Of a DNA stretch of 64,000 nt, positions 1-12,241 are shown piece by piece; position 1 is the stretch's first letter; each line of letters begins with the position of its first letter. Position numbers and translations under genes: made by a program. The DNA is from an uncultured virus (IMG/VR IMGVR_UViG_3300028805_000102) (Duplodnaviria; Heunggongvirae; Uroviricota; Caudoviricetes): IMG/VR virus record IMGVR_UViG_3300028805_000102; one strand, 5' to 3'. Below the pieces are notes generated by a model. It was given only the letters and a program-made list of their open reading frames with translations. It searched no databases and was not told the origin of the DNA.

Positions 1-252
1 AAAGAAATTATTAAGGAGGTAGATAATCTACGTCATTTATTAACATTTTCTCAATTCACAATAGATTTGATTGAAGAATTTAGCGAATCAGTAGAAGAAA
101 CTGATGTAAATGAAGAAACTACAGCTAGTGCTATTTGCTATAAGATTGATACAGTCCTTGATATTATGAACAAAGACAAACCTGATCATGAGTTTCTTAA
201 AACCTTGTATACAAAGATCAGAGAAAATTATCCAGTACAAAAACAACAGTAA
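1..252 (+). CDS. hypothetical protein, probably 5'-truncated by the window edge
   Basis: Open frame from position 1 to TAA at 250-252; the next gene starts 4 nt later. Confidence 0.6.
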   Translation, partial: KEIIKEVDNLRHLLTFSQFTIDLIEEFSESVEETDVNEETTASAICYKIDTVLDIMNKDKPDHEFLKTLYTKIRENYPVQKQQ

Positions 253-256
253 AATT

Positions 257-778
257 ATGAAAGACATTACATTAGAGGATGTTAAGAAAGCTGAGACAAA
301 GTTATTACCTTGTCCATTTTGCGGAATCAAACCACAGATAATAATTTGTGACGATGAAGGAAACATAAAAAGAAATCCAGAAGAATACCTTGAAGAACAA
401 TGGTCAGGACTTTCTTTTGCTTTGATTCACCCAATGGACAAAGAATATTTTTGTCCAATCACAACAGACAAAGATGATAGTGTTGTTCTTGGTAACTATT
501 TATATAGTTCTCTTGATGAGTTGATTGAAAAATGGAACAAGCGTTTTTCTAAAAAGACAGAAAAATCTTGGTTCGATGATATTTCTGCAATTTATATGAG
601 GTTAAACGAAGAAGACACATATATTCCAATGACTTCGATGTTTGTAAGCAGCCGTCTCAGTTATCTAAAAAATCTCGATTTCGAAGAAGTGGTGAAAAAA
701 CTACGTGAAGAATGGAAAGTTTGTTTTGATATGAGATTTGTTTTCAAAAATGGAAACATAAACGATTATAAAATTTAA
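257..778 (+). CDS. Lar-family (restriction alleviation-like) zinc-finger protein
   Basis: LLPCPFCG motif and IEKWNKR motif; start reassigned to the ATG at 257 after AAAATT. Confidence 0.6.
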   Translation: MKDITLEDVKKAETKLLPCPFCGIKPQIIICDDEGNIKRNPEEYLEEQWSGLSFALIHPMDKEYFCPITTDKDDSVVLGNYLYSSLDELIEKWNKRFSKKTEKSWFDDISAIYMRLNEEDTYIPMTSMFVSSRLSYLKNLDFEEVVKKLREEWKVCFDMRFVFKNGNINDYKI

Positions 779-1036
779 AACTATGGGAAAGGGAAAAGAA
801 AGACTATATCCAGACAAAAAGCAGAACAACTATCAGTACTGCACGTATGCCGACAATCCAGACAAGGATGTCTTACAAGAATGCATGATGCCTTGGTCAA
901 ACAGATGTAAAGGAAATCTGCATATGTGTAAGAAGCTGAAATATCAGTTTCTTGCATCAGTTCCAGATAAAGAAAAAGAGAAATATTCAAAATAAATTAT
1001 TATTTCTACATTGTTTATTATATTAAAATTAAAGTT

Positions 1037-1654
1037 ATGGTAACATTAGAGGAAATTCAGAATTTTAGAAAGAAGTGCATATCTTTTGAGAAGAAAGTAC
1101 ATGAAAGTCATTCTAGTATTGCATCTGAAATCAGAGATGTCATAGAACGATGTGATAATGAAATACTACGGAATGAACTTATGGAACTTGGTTATGAAAC
1201 TATGGAAAATATTAATCGTAGTATCAATGCACATTCTTATAAAGTGGCATCTAATTATAGATGGATAAGTGATATCTGTACCATAATTTACTGGTCTGAC
1301 AAGTGTAAAATGAGTTGGCCTGACAATGATGACATAGTACCAAAACCTGGAAATTATTATGCGGAACTACGTTTTGGTACAGGTCCATATTTAATAAGTC
1401 AACATTATGAAAAAGCAAGACCTTATTTTTCAAAAATGTGGAATGAATTTCTTTCACTAAATCCAGATGTTACAGATACTCACAATAATGAACTTTTATG
1501 GGAAATTCATTCTGAAAACGCTGTTAAAGTTTGGAATACTTGGGAGACTGTAGTGAAAAAATATATTGACATGTTTAATGATGACATGAAAAAAGATAAA
1601 GAAATGCAAATTGCTGAATTGGAGGCAAAAATAGAAGCTATAAAAAAATCTTAA
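1037..1654 (+). CDS. hypothetical phage protein
   Basis: 205-aa ORF downstream of a TTGTTTATTAT motif. Confidence 0.75.
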   Translation: MVTLEEIQNFRKKCISFEKKVHESHSSIASEIRDVIERCDNEILRNELMELGYETMENINRSINAHSYKVASNYRWISDICTIIYWSDKCKMSWPDNDDIVPKPGNYYAELRFGTGPYLISQHYEKARPYFSKMWNEFLSLNPDVTDTHNNELLWEIHSENAVKVWNTWETVVKKYIDMFNDDMKKDKEMQIAELEAKIEAIKKS

Positions 1655-1889
1655 GATATTGATTATGGATTACAGGACTTTCAAATATGACAAAAAATAT
1701 TTAGAAAAAGTAGCTGAATGGCACTTGAACAGGACAGGTAAGAAACTTGAAGTTCTTGATGAATATACCTTTATATACAAAGGTATTGAACGTAGCGAAC
1801 CTTTGCATGTACCTGCAAATATTTTAGTTCAGCAATATGAAAAAGTTCAAAAAGAAATTAAAAGTTAATATAATTAAAATAAAAATATT

Positions 1890-2660
1890 ATGGAACCATC
1901 AAATTTCATAAACCATTCTATTTCCTACCTACTTACGACAGCTTTTAAGAATTCTGTCAAAAAGTTGGTATTTGAAAATTCTTGTGATAAAATCGATGGT
2001 GTTACAAGAGATGACATTAACAAGATTCATGAAAAAATAGAATCAGGCCAGAATATGGTAGATTATTCTACTGAAATGCTTGTACTAAAAGATGCTAATA
2101 TTGTAAATGTCCTGACTTATGTAATAAAATCAGCTTTAGACCATTACTATGTAGACAGAGAACAACAAACAATTTATATTGTATGTAGTAAAGCACATTA
2201 TTTTTATCAGGAAATATATACGTTCTTAAAAGAGGTATTTAAAAATAAAATAACAGGAAGAGGTTCAAATCTTGAAGTTGAGGAATTTAAGGTAATCTTT
2301 ACAGGTTATGATTACAGAGATTTTATAGGAATGAATGTAAATTATCTGATTATAGAAGATGATTCTTATGAAGATGTTGAAAAACATAATGCTATCCATA
2401 AAATTATAAAAGATGAGTATCCGATAATTTCAGCAAGATATAACGGTGGAAGAGTTATGCTTGTTGAAAATAAAATGGAATCCACGAGATACCAACTTTT
2501 ATTAAATAATGCTCTTAGCTATTACGGTTCCGAAGTTGGATGCAATATGAATATTAGTTTAGAAAATCCAAATATCGTGCATTGTACAAGTTTTCTTGGA
2601 ACGATTGACGTACCTGTTGAAGAAATTATTAAAGCATATAAGGAACACTTAAACAAATAA
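1890..2660 (+). CDS. hypothetical phage protein
   Basis: 256-aa ORF with A-rich start context, packed in the + strand operon. Confidence 0.75.
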   Translation: MEPSNFINHSISYLLTTAFKNSVKKLVFENSCDKIDGVTRDDINKIHEKIESGQNMVDYSTEMLVLKDANIVNVLTYVIKSALDHYYVDREQQTIYIVCSKAHYFYQEIYTFLKEVFKNKITGRGSNLEVEEFKVIFTGYDYRDFIGMNVNYLIIEDDSYEDVEKHNAIHKIIKDEYPIISARYNGGRVMLVENKMESTRYQLLLNNALSYYGSEVGCNMNISLENPNIVHCTSFLGTIDVPVEEIIKAYKEHLNK

Positions 2661-2992
2661 TTATGCAAGCAACTTATGATTATGAAACAGGAAAAATTAC
2701 AAGATATTTCAAATTTGTTGAAATTGGACAACCTTGTAAGCTTACATCTACATCAACATTTGTAGGTGATGAAACATGTAAGTCCTGTAAATTTAATCAA
2801 GGTACTTTCGAACTTTCATCTAAGTACCGTCATTTTTTTGATAATAATACTTGTGAAATGTGTTCTCATCCATATGCAAAAGATTTTGAAGGATGTGGAT
2901 GTTTTGTAAGTGATTTTAATGAAAAACTTCAACGAGAGGCGTTTAGTTCATTTTATGACTAACATTGTTTATTATATTTAATTATTAAAATT

Positions 2993-3439
2993 ATGGATCA
3001 TAAAGATTGGATATCAATAAAAAATAATCCTGTAATATCTGATGACATTAAAGCGATTCATTGTGATACGAGGGATTTTCATGTACTGTTAAATACTGAA
3101 CAGCCTAAGGTTGAAAAAGATGTAACATGCAATTATGATGAATGGTGCAATCAAGGCTTGTCAAAATTTTATAAAATTGTTAAGAAAACAAACAGATCCG
3201 ATTTTTCAATTTCAAAAGCCGAAATTGTACCTTGGCTTACAGAACTTTGTGAGAAATCAGGAGGATTTGAAAAAGATTGGAGACTGCTTATATCTGATGT
3301 TGATTATTGTAGAAATTGGGAGATAAAATATATAAGGTTTGTCAGGAATGTACAATGTCCTGATGAATTCATTGTATGTAACTCATATTTTATGCCAGTT
3401 AAATACAAGGATATTATACCTAATTTAAAGAAAGACTAA
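2993..3439 (+). CDS. hypothetical phage protein
   Basis: 148-aa ORF following a TTGTTTATTAT motif. Confidence 0.7.
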   Translation: MDHKDWISIKNNPVISDDIKAIHCDTRDFHVLLNTEQPKVEKDVTCNYDEWCNQGLSKFYKIVKKTNRSDFSISKAEIVPWLTELCEKSGGFEKDWRLLISDVDYCRNWEIKYIRFVRNVQCPDEFIVCNSYFMPVKYKDIIPNLKKD

Positions 3440-4533
3440 TAACTATGAAAGATATAATTTATAAATTAGATATTCCAGAATGTTCCAACTATACTTTTGA
3501 AGTTGGAGAAAAAGGTGTAATCAGAATTGAAGAAGATATTATCCAAACAGGAACCGCTGATGGTTATAATCCTTCAAAACTGATATATCGAGTTGTTTTT
3601 GACAATAATGACACTATTGAAATATCAGCTTCAGTAAGTGGAATTATAATCTATAAACGAAAATCTGAAAAATAATAAAACTATGAAAACAATTGTGATT
3701 ATATGTATCACCATAATGTGTTGGTTGTTTTGTGCATTTTATTTCTTTTGTTGCTTAGAAGATGATAATGATATTATTTACGACAAACTATCCAAGTTTA
3801 TTGTTGCAATAATTATTGGTTGGATAACTACTCCAATAATATTAGGTATAAAACTCGGCAGTCTGAAAAAATAATGAAAGGGGAATAGGGCTATGAAAAC
3901 AGGTAAATTTAACAGTATTGACAAACTTCTCAGTGAACTGAATTTAATTCCGGGGACAATATTAAATATTGGAGGTGATTCTAACTTTTTTGATTGTTGT
4001 CATATTAGCATAAAACCCAATAAAAGCAATATTAAAGAAGGCTGGATAGATTCAATTCATGTCTTTCTTGCAGAAAATAGAAGCACTGCCGTAACTTTTT
4101 CAATAACGTTAAAATTTGATGTAGAAGGTGCTGAAAGATCAACTATTACTGTAGACAAGTCATGGATTGATAAAAATGTTAGTGAAATTAATATTTGGAG
4201 CTGGAAATAATACTTTGTAAATAACAATTAAATTTTAATAATTATGATAACTAAAATTTTAAAACGAATCTATCTGAAACCAAATTCCTATCAAAGAGAC
4301 TGCATAGAGATATGGCAAACAAGTGAATGCTATGTTATTCCGTACATTTCATTTGAAAACATTATGAACATCATTCGCAAAGGTCGTGCTTATGTGAGAC
4401 TTGGTTGGCTACACTGGAGTGTGGAGTATTTTAAGGATAGTGTCATTTCATCAGGATGTGATGATGAAGATTCTCAGACAAATACGACAAGTGAAGAAAA
4501 TTAGGTATATAAATTGAAAGATAAATTAAAATT

Positions 4534-5127
4534 ATGGACAGAAAAGAAGCAATAGAAATTGTAAGAAAGAATTTTCCTGACAGTAGTTTCACAATGTTAC
4601 GTGAAGCATTGGAAACCTTAATTCCAGAGCTCAATGAGGGTAAAGATGAGAAGATAAGGAAAGCACTCATTGAAAGCTTTAAATTCTTTGTTGATGGCTT
4701 TCTTGAAACACCTGAGGTAGGTAAAGATGATAATTTGCTTATTAAAGATATTCTTGCTTGGCTTGAAAAACAAGGACTTATTAAAGAACTTGGCGAGTAT
4801 AAGGTCAAATATACACAAGAAATTTTAGAAAACCACATGAATAATGTAAGTAATAAAGATGATGAAAGATTAAGAAAGACTACAATCGGTTTTCTTAAAG
4901 ACTTTGCAGATAAAGGATATGAAAATGCTATAGAGTGTATAGATTGGCTTGAGAAGCAAGCCAAGCAAAAATCTGAATTTAGTACTGTTGACAGAGACAC
5001 ACCTAATTGGATTGGAAACAAGTAAAAATTACAAACACTTAACACACATACAATTGAAAGTACTGTAACATATTCTGATGATAAACGCATTTTAAATGAA
5101 CTTTATAATGATTTGAAAAAACTTTAA
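4534..5127 (+). pseudogene. modular WLEKQ-family paralog with premature stop at 5023-5025
   Basis: ORF 4534-5025 shares modules with 22392 and 61689. The same frame continues past the TAA to ...ILNELYNDLKKL* (5127), matching the C-terminus SLFNDLKKL* of 22392. Confidence 0.6.
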
Positions 5128-5301
5128 GTATATGAAACCAGCAAAAAAGAAAAAATGGGAAAGAAATTGTTATAACTGTAAACATATGTCAGGATGCAAG
5201 ATAAAAATATTTGTAGGTGAAAAATGTGATAAATTTGAATTTAGTGCAACCTGTAAATCAATATAATCTATAAAGTTGTTTAAAATATAAAATATTTAAT
5301 T

Positions 5302-5799
5302 ATGGGAACAAGAAATTCGATATATAAACTAGATAAAAAAATTTGGGAGCATTATCTTAATTCAAATGATAAAACCGAAATAGATAGTTCATGTGATATT
5401 GAAAAATTAGGAGGAAAACTGTTGCAAAGTGATTTCGCCACTGATTTCTTTTTAACATTGAAAGCTGAAGGAAACCTTAAAAGATTTTGCTTGGAAAAAG
5501 CTTCTTATGAATGTGATATATCTGTATATGTTCTTGACAAGGAATTATTTGAAATTTACCTAAAGAAACTTAAAGTACGTGTTGCGGAACTAATAGACAA
5601 AATAGGTAATAATAGTCTAACTGCCAAATATCATAAAGGAATTTTTGAAGATCCTATGAATTTTTATTTGAAGATAAGTGATGACCCTGATACGTTATTA
5701 AAAAGTACCGATACGTGGTTTGACTGTCTTTATGAATCATTATACATTTATAAAACCTTTGACTGGGAAAATTTTGTAATTGTAAGTGTAATTAGCTAA
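5302..5799 (+). CDS. hypothetical phage protein
   Basis: 165-aa ORF. Confidence 0.7.
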   Translation: MGTRNSIYKLDKKIWEHYLNSNDKTEIDSSCDIEKLGGKLLQSDFATDFFLTLKAEGNLKRFCLEKASYECDISVYVLDKELFEIYLKKLKVRVAELIDKIGNNSLTAKYHKGIFEDPMNFYLKISDDPDTLLKSTDTWFDCLYESLYIYKTFDWENFVIVSVIS

Positions 5800-5808
5800 A
5801 TTAAAATT

Positions 5809-6237
5809 ATGGAACTTGAAGAAAAAATAAAATTATTGACTGTTGACTTGATGTCAAGAGTGAACTATTGGAATGATTTGAAAGTTGACTACAAAGGCAA
5901 GACATATACTTTGTTCGGATATGGAGCTGGGAGAGTGTCATTACTTGCAAATCCATTTATGTCAGCTGTAGAAGAAGTTCCTTTGATTGAAGAAGTTAAA
6001 CCATACTTACGTCCACTTTCAAACATGACGGAAGAAGAAGAAATTGAATTTTCCAATATTTTCAGTAAGTGGTTTGATAAAGAATTGTTCGTCTTGTCAG
6101 AAGAAACTTTTTTGGAATATGCTTTGTCTCAGATAGATTATTCAATTAGTCATGAATTATTTGATTGGCTCAATGCTCATAATTTTGACTATCGAGGTTT
6201 AATTGATAAAGGACTTGCTATTATCGAACTTAAATAA
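5809..6237 (+). CDS. paralog family A protein (DLxxR...KPYLRxMS...WLNAHxFDYRGLI)
   Basis: Shares motifs with six other ORFs in the window. Confidence 0.8.
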   Translation: MELEEKIKLLTVDLMSRVNYWNDLKVDYKGKTYTLFGYGAGRVSLLANPFMSAVEEVPLIEEVKPYLRPLSNMTEEEEIEFSNIFSKWFDKELFVLSEETFLEYALSQIDYSISHELFDWLNAHNFDYRGLIDKGLAIIELK

Positions 6238-7054
6238 ACATATATTTTCATGGAAATAACATTTTCAATACTAGGTCTTATACTTTTACTTTTACTTATA
6301 TTTGTTTTTAGAGAATTAATTACAGAAATTATTGTTATTTTCTTAATTGCATTGTTAATTATGTATGAATGTAGTGATGATTTCAAAAAGAATATTCAAG
6401 ACATGACAAATGGTATTGAAATTAAACTTGATACATCATCAAATAATAAAATTATCAATATAAAGTAAATTATGTCAAACATATACTATGAAGAAAATCA
6501 ATTTTAAATCTTTACGATGGAGGGTAACAATTCTATTGTATAGTCTAAAAGACCGATTGCTATATACTATTCGTAAATTGAGGCAAAAATCCATGATATC
6601 CGTTATAGGTGACGGAAGTAGACTTTTATGCAAGTTTCCAAACGAGAATCCACGTATTGTTGTAATTAAGAGAGTATGGGTTGAATTTGGTCATAATGGT
6701 GATTATGATAAGTTTTATATTATGGCGGACACGTCATTGGGAATGTCAACATTAAACGCTATACTTCGACATGCGGAGTATGTAGAAATTTTATAAATTG
6801 ATATTGAGTTTCATTTGAGTAAAAATAAAATAAATTGATATAGGTTATGACGAAGAAGTGTAAACTATGCAGGAATTTCAATATATTGTTCAGACCATTT
6901 TCATGTGACTTGTGGATAGAGCGACGATTGAAAGAAATGAAGACGAATGAAGTCAACAAGATAAAGCGTGCAACCAGTTTTGCCACAAATGGGATATAAT
7001 CTCAATCTATGATAGAGATAAATTGTGGAAGTGAAATGAAACGTAAAACATAAA

Positions 7055-7447
7055 ATGATTGAAGTTATGAAATCTTATACCGATTTGAAACAAAGCAAAA
7101 AATTGGCTGAAATACTGCCAATTGAAAGTGCGGATATGGAGTATATACTTGAACAATGGAGAGACGAAGAAACGCATCGTCTCAAGAAAGGATATTCAGA
7201 ATATCCTGTTGTAAAGGTTGATGATGATGACCAATTTCAAGTAATTACACTTCCTTGCTGGAGTCTTGTTGCATTGCTTGCTGTAATAAAGCCAGTCAAT
7301 GAAAATACATATACTATTAGAGGTACTCTTGACGGAGGTGCAGCTATTTCATTTGATGAAGTAACAACGGTAATGTTTCAAGAGGAAGAAATCATTGATG
7401 CTGTATTTAAAATGGTGGTTTGGCTAAAAGAAAATAAATTGATATGA
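7055..7447 (+). CDS. paralog family C protein (QxKKL...SAD...LPCWSL)
   Basis: Motifs shared with 27826-28218. Confidence 0.75.
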   Translation: MIEVMKSYTDLKQSKKLAEILPIESADMEYILEQWRDEETHRLKKGYSEYPVVKVDDDDQFQVITLPCWSLVALLAVIKPVNENTYTIRGTLDGGAAISFDEVTTVMFQEEEIIDAVFKMVVWLKENKLI

Positions 7448-7510
7448 AAAACAAGAACGAGAAAACAAAGAAATTTCATTAGATTCGACAATAGAAAAGA
7501 TTTCAGGCTT

Positions 7511-7987
7511 ATGGAACCAGAATTGAAAAGAGCAAAGTTCATTGGTAACAACACTAATATGCATGTCTATGGTTTTGATGAAGGTAAAGAATATGCTTGT
7601 CGAGACTTTGGACGTGGTATTGAGGTGTATTACGAAGGAACGAAAGGAACTTCTCTTGCAATGGGCTATTCAACATTCTCATCTTGTTTCAATGTGATTG
7701 GAATGTGGCCAAGCAAAAAATCAACTAAGAAGTCAAATGGCAAAACCCTTTACAAAGTTGGAGACGTTCTTAAATTCACATATGCTGATGATAAGCACAA
7801 GTCAAAAGGATTCATGAAAGTTTCACGAATTACTGAAGAAGCAGGTACATTTTACTACTATGATGAAATAAAACAGGTATTCATTGACGAACTTGATGTT
7901 GAAGGTAAATTAGAAGGGGACAAATTAATTCAATATAATAAAGAACTAAAGGAATATTTACGCTTAAAGAAAAAATTTGAATTATGA
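7511..7987 (+). CDS. hypothetical protein
   Basis: 158-aa ORF; ATGA overlap with the next gene. Confidence 0.7.
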   Translation: MEPELKRAKFIGNNTNMHVYGFDEGKEYACRDFGRGIEVYYEGTKGTSLAMGYSTFSSCFNVIGMWPSKKSTKKSNGKTLYKVGDVLKFTYADDKHKSKGFMKVSRITEEAGTFYYYDEIKQVFIDELDVEGKLEGDKLIQYNKELKEYLRLKKKFEL

Positions 7988-8451
7988 AAAAGAATAATGA
8001 AAAGAAGGGTTTTTATGTAATAACCTCTCCAAAAGATTTTATTGACAGAATTGCAATTGCACTTGGACATATTCGTTGTACTAGCCATAAACTTGATTTA
8101 AAAGAAGTAATCTATGAAAAAGTTTTAGGTTTGAAATATGTACAAGAGGTAATATCATTTGATGAACTTAAACAATGCAATGATGTTTCAAAAGAAAATT
8201 CTTTGAAGGTTAAAGAACTTCAAGAAAAATATCAAACACCTTGTCATGGTCACGGAGACTGCGAATTTGAAGTAATGTCAGCAGCTATTGAAATGGCTGA
8301 ATGGAAAGATGAACAGACTAAGCAGCTTATTATAGAATTTTCAAAATGGCTTAATGAAAGAGGATTCTTTAAAGAAGATTTACAATGTGACCTCGAGCAT
8401 CAAGCTAGAACATTCTTAGATAAGAAAGGTTTTAATGGGGCTTACGAGTGA
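7984..8451 (+). CDS. hypothetical protein (MAxWKxxQ motif shared with 24366)
   Basis: 155-aa ORF. Confidence 0.7.
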   Translation: MKKNNEKKGFYVITSPKDFIDRIAIALGHIRCTSHKLDLKEVIYEKVLGLKYVQEVISFDELKQCNDVSKENSLKVKELQEKYQTPCHGHGDCEFEVMSAAIEMAEWKDEQTKQLIIEFSKWLNERGFFKEDLQCDLEHQARTFLDKKGFNGAYE

Positions 8452-8530
8452 ATTTATAAAAATCAATAATGCAAGGCATTTTATCAGAACTATATAAATT
8501 CATTGTTTATTATAATTAAAAATTAATGTT

Positions 8531-8821
8531 ATGAAAAAATTATTTATATTATTAACAATATTGCTAACAGCAGCCTGTTCAAGTACAAATTCATCAAGTA
8601 CTAAAATTATTTCAATACCAAATAATTCACCTGTCTATAAAATTAAAGGTACTCCAATATACCTTGTAGTTCTTGATTCATGTGAATATTATTATGCAGG
8701 ATTTGGCAATGGTTTGACGCATAAAGGAAATTGTAAATTTTGTAAACAACGTAAGGATAAAGAAAATGAATCTTTGAATAATGAAGATGAATATGATTTT
8801 ACAATAAAAAGCAGACGATAG
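8531..8821 (+). CDS. putative lipoprotein
   Basis: MKK + hydrophobic stretch + lipobox LTAAC. Confidence 0.65.
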   Translation: MKKLFILLTILLTAACSSTNSSSTKIISIPNNSPVYKIKGTPIYLVVLDSCEYYYAGFGNGLTHKGNCKFCKQRKDKENESLNNEDEYDFTIKSRR

Positions 8822-8845
8822 AATAACAGTTTAAATTATAAAATT

Positions 8846-9478
8846 ATGCCTACAAAAGAAAATATAGAATTACTAAGAAGATATGCAGAGCTAAGAGGCG
8901 AACTTAATAAATTCGTATACCTTAGAGCTAACGAACGTGGTGACAGATATATTGAATATGCTTTTATACCAGGTGCGCCACATGATAATACTTGCCTGTC
9001 TTGGTATAATAAAATACAAGTACATGCTCTTTTAAGAAATGGACATAATATTAAAGACTGGAAAGTATCTAAACTGGACGAAATATATTACTTGTCAAAA
9101 TTTGATTGCGGCAATAGCGAAAATACTGGCGAACATCATTGCTCACCTGGCCATCCTTGTAAAAAATGTCTTCCTATTCAAGCAAAGAATTGGACTTATG
9201 AAGAACCTGTAAAATGTGCCTGTTGGTATTTAAGACGAGTGAATTATACAAATATTGCAAACTCTTCTGAGATTAAAACTGAAGCAAAAGTTAGAAAAGA
9301 ATTGTTAGAAGAAAGTAAACAAGAACAGTATAATAAACGTAATGAGCATTCTGTTTTAAAACAAGATTCTAAGTTAAATATTTTGAAATATATCTTAACA
9401 TTCATTTTGAAATATAGCTTAGCATTCATTCTCGGCTTTATATTATCAACAATATTATTTTTAACCTTAGGTGCTTAA
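8846..9478 (+). CDS. Cys-rich protein with C-terminal membrane anchor
   Basis: CxPxxPCxxC and CxC motifs; hydrophobic C-terminus. Confidence 0.65.
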   Translation: MPTKENIELLRRYAELRGELNKFVYLRANERGDRYIEYAFIPGAPHDNTCLSWYNKIQVHALLRNGHNIKDWKVSKLDEIYYLSKFDCGNSENTGEHHCSPGHPCKKCLPIQAKNWTYEEPVKCACWYLRRVNYTNIANSSEIKTEAKVRKELLEESKQEQYNKRNEHSVLKQDSKLNILKYILTFILKYSLAFILGFILSTILFLTLGA

Positions 9479-9481
9479 ATT

Positions 9482-10111
9482 ATGAAAAAAGAAGAATCAA
9501 TAGGAATAATACTTAATCATTTTCCAAGATCTGTAAAGTTATGGTCTCCGATGATAGGAGTTTGTACTTTCGTAGATTTACGAAAAGATGAAGAATCGGG
9601 ATTTTGTCATATTATTGTTGAAGATGTCAACAAGAACAAGTACTCTTTTGAAGAGAATGGAAAGTTTACATACTTTGGAGAATGCATGCTATATCCTTCT
9701 GAAACGAATCAAAATTGGGAACGTTGGTATGAAACATTATTTGAACCAGGTGATAAAATCTTATATAATGACAATGTGTATACCTTTGTACGGTATGCAA
9801 TTAAAGAAGGTGTATTTCTGCTTGGTTCAGATGATTTTGAACATTTTGTAAATTTTGAATCATTTGAAAAATTTCCGCCTGAAGTCATTTCAAATATTGA
9901 ATTTACGGAACGGTCTAAGAAAATTCAATTCCTGTCTGATTATTCAATTGATATAATAATAACAAATACTAAAACCGGTACACAAAAGATTTCACATGTT
10001 TTTGATATCGAGGAACAAGACGCAATTATTAAAAAATACTGTAATGAAAGTATTAAAAGCCCTGATAATATCAAATACGAGCATATTCCTGATGACAGTC
10101 TGCCATTTTAA
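9482..10111 (+). CDS. hypothetical phage protein
   Basis: 209-aa ORF. Confidence 0.7.
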   Translation: MKKEESIGIILNHFPRSVKLWSPMIGVCTFVDLRKDEESGFCHIIVEDVNKNKYSFEENGKFTYFGECMLYPSETNQNWERWYETLFEPGDKILYNDNVYTFVRYAIKEGVFLLGSDDFEHFVNFESFEKFPPEVISNIEFTERSKKIQFLSDYSIDIIITNTKTGTQKISHVFDIEEQDAIIKKYCNESIKSPDNIKYEHIPDDSLPF

Positions 10112-10151
10112 AATCAGTTATAAATATTTTTGTAACTAATTTATAATAATT

Positions 10152-10718
10152 ATGATAGAATTTCTTAAATATCAACCATTCGGGTATGACAAGTCAATGG
10201 CCATTACAGCATTTGTATTTGGTGTGTTTTGGTTTATAGCTTATAATGCTTATGTATTATGGCATATTAACGGTATTGACAAAGACCATAAGGAAATTAA
10301 AATTTTACCAATCTCGATTAGTCAGTCATATTATATGATTGATGTCAGATGGTTGTTCAAGGCTTTTATGTACAGTTCTATTTTTTCAATAATCTGTATA
10401 GGCCAGAATTATCTCTACATGATAGTCGGGATATTGTTTTTCATTATGGCCGTCAATCCAAGTGTTAACAGCGGTGACAGATATCTGATACCACACATGA
10501 TTGGAGCGATTGGAGCAATCACCTTAGGCATATTGGGACTTGGAATTTGCTATAATATGTGGACGACTGTAATTATTACAGGTATAGGATGTGTATTATT
10601 ATGGGTGTTGATAAAAATAATCAATAATGAGAAAATATCAGATTCATTCGTATATTTTCTTGAATTATATACACTTACATCTTTAATGACCGGATTTTGT
10701 ATTTCTTTAGTAAAATAA
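10152..10718 (+). CDS. multi-pass membrane protein
   Basis: About 6 hydrophobic segments; SISQSYY and H-x-x-GA motifs. Confidence 0.7.
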   Translation: MIEFLKYQPFGYDKSMAITAFVFGVFWFIAYNAYVLWHINGIDKDHKEIKILPISISQSYYMIDVRWLFKAFMYSSIFSIICIGQNYLYMIVGILFFIMAVNPSVNSGDRYLIPHMIGAIGAITLGILGLGICYNMWTTVIITGIGCVLLWVLIKIINNEKISDSFVYFLELYTLTSLMTGFCISLVK

Positions 10719-11322
10719 ATTATGCTTGAAAAATTATTTCTTGGAAGATTACTGAAACAAATGGATAATGACTATGAAAGATGTCGTCTTACATTTTACA
10801 CTTGTCAGTATACATTTTCAAATTTTGATGAAACTGTAAAAATTGATCCTTTCATTCAACAAAAAAGACTAAAGATAGCTGTAAAAATGGCTGACAACTT
10901 TTATAAGAAATGGTTTGGCAAGCTTTACAATTACAGTATATTTTTCGATATTGTTGATAAAAAACGTAATGATTACCGCAAGTCACTACGGAGGTTGGAA
11001 TCAAATTTTTCATTGGATATTAAACGTAGATTAAAATATGAACCTATTAATTTATGATTATGAAAAAACGAATTGTAAAAAAGACCTGTAACTATGTACA
11101 TACAGTTGATGAACATGGAAATCCTGAAATACGTACAGTTACTAAATTCTTTGTAGAAGAATATGATGAATATTCTAAAGATTGGCAAATAATGACGTAT
11201 TTTAATGATGCCGACGATGATTGTATAAGACCTGCAATTTTCGAAGAACAAAAAGTTGCTGAAGCATTTTTAAAAGGTGAATTTGGTATTTTAAAGGAAG
11301 AAATTATATATACAGAATAATT

Positions 11323-11847
11323 ATGTGCAAGGTATTTTTTACAAGCGATTTACATTTTGGACATGAGCTATTGTGTCAAGCACTTCGTAATATGTCAGCA
11401 AAAGAATCTGATGAGCTGATTATTGACAACTGGAATAGTATTGTAACAAAAAGAGACACTGTATATATTCTTGGTGACATAACTATGGAAAAACATGCAA
11501 ATATTTCTATGCTTGACAAACTTGTAGGCAATAAAGTCATTGTCGGAGGAAATCATGATGTTAGAAAATGTTGTGTTGCTTTACAGGATATGAATATTCC
11601 AGTAATGGGTACGTTGTCATATAAAGGATTTTTATGTACCCATATTCCAATTCATCCTTTATTCTTGAAGGAATGTCGAGGTAATATTCACGGCCATATT
11701 CATCTTCCTGATTCAGAATCTAATTATAATATGCTTTTACCTGAAGGATCTGAAAGATACTATAATGTAAATTGTGAATTCCATAATTACAAACCTGTTT
11801 ATTTTGAAGAAATTGTAAGTTATTTCGAAAACCTTAATAAAAAATAA
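11323..11847 (+). CDS. calcineurin-like metallophosphoesterase
   Basis: SDLHFGH, LGD, GNHD, HIP and HGHIH motifs. Confidence 0.9.
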   Translation: MCKVFFTSDLHFGHELLCQALRNMSAKESDELIIDNWNSIVTKRDTVYILGDITMEKHANISMLDKLVGNKVIVGGNHDVRKCCVALQDMNIPVMGTLSYKGFLCTHIPIHPLFLKECRGNIHGHIHLPDSESNYNMLLPEGSERYYNVNCEFHNYKPVYFEEIVSYFENLNKK

Positions 11848-11848
11848 G

Positions 11849-12241
11849 ATGTATATCGCTGTTGACTTTGACGGAACATGTGTAGAACATGAATATCCTG
11901 AAATCGGAAAAGATATTGGAGCTGTTCCAGTTCTTAAAGAAATTATTGCAAACGGGCATAAGCTGATTCTTCATACTATGAGAAGCCATCCTGCTCCTAA
12001 TAATTCAAGTTCTATAATTTATCGAGACACTTTACAAGAAGCAATTGACTGGTTTAAGAATAACGGAATAGAATTATTTGCAGCAAATGAAAATCCTACA
12101 CAATACAGATGGACAAGAAGCAAAAAGATTTTTGCAAACCTTTATATTGATGATGCAGCACTTGGAGCTCCACTTGTAAACGGACATATTGACTGGGTAA
12201 AAGTAAGAGAGATGCTTGTCGAACTTGGAGTAATAAAATAA
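11849..12241 (+). CDS. HAD-superfamily hydrolase (BT0820-like)
   Basis: IAVDFDGT, TMR, K...YIDD motifs. Confidence 0.85.
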   Translation: MYIAVDFDGTCVEHEYPEIGKDIGAVPVLKEIIANGHKLILHTMRSHPAPNNSSSIIYRDTLQEAIDWFKNNGIELFAANENPTQYRWTRSKKIFANLYIDDAALGAPLVNGHIDWVKVREMLVELGVIK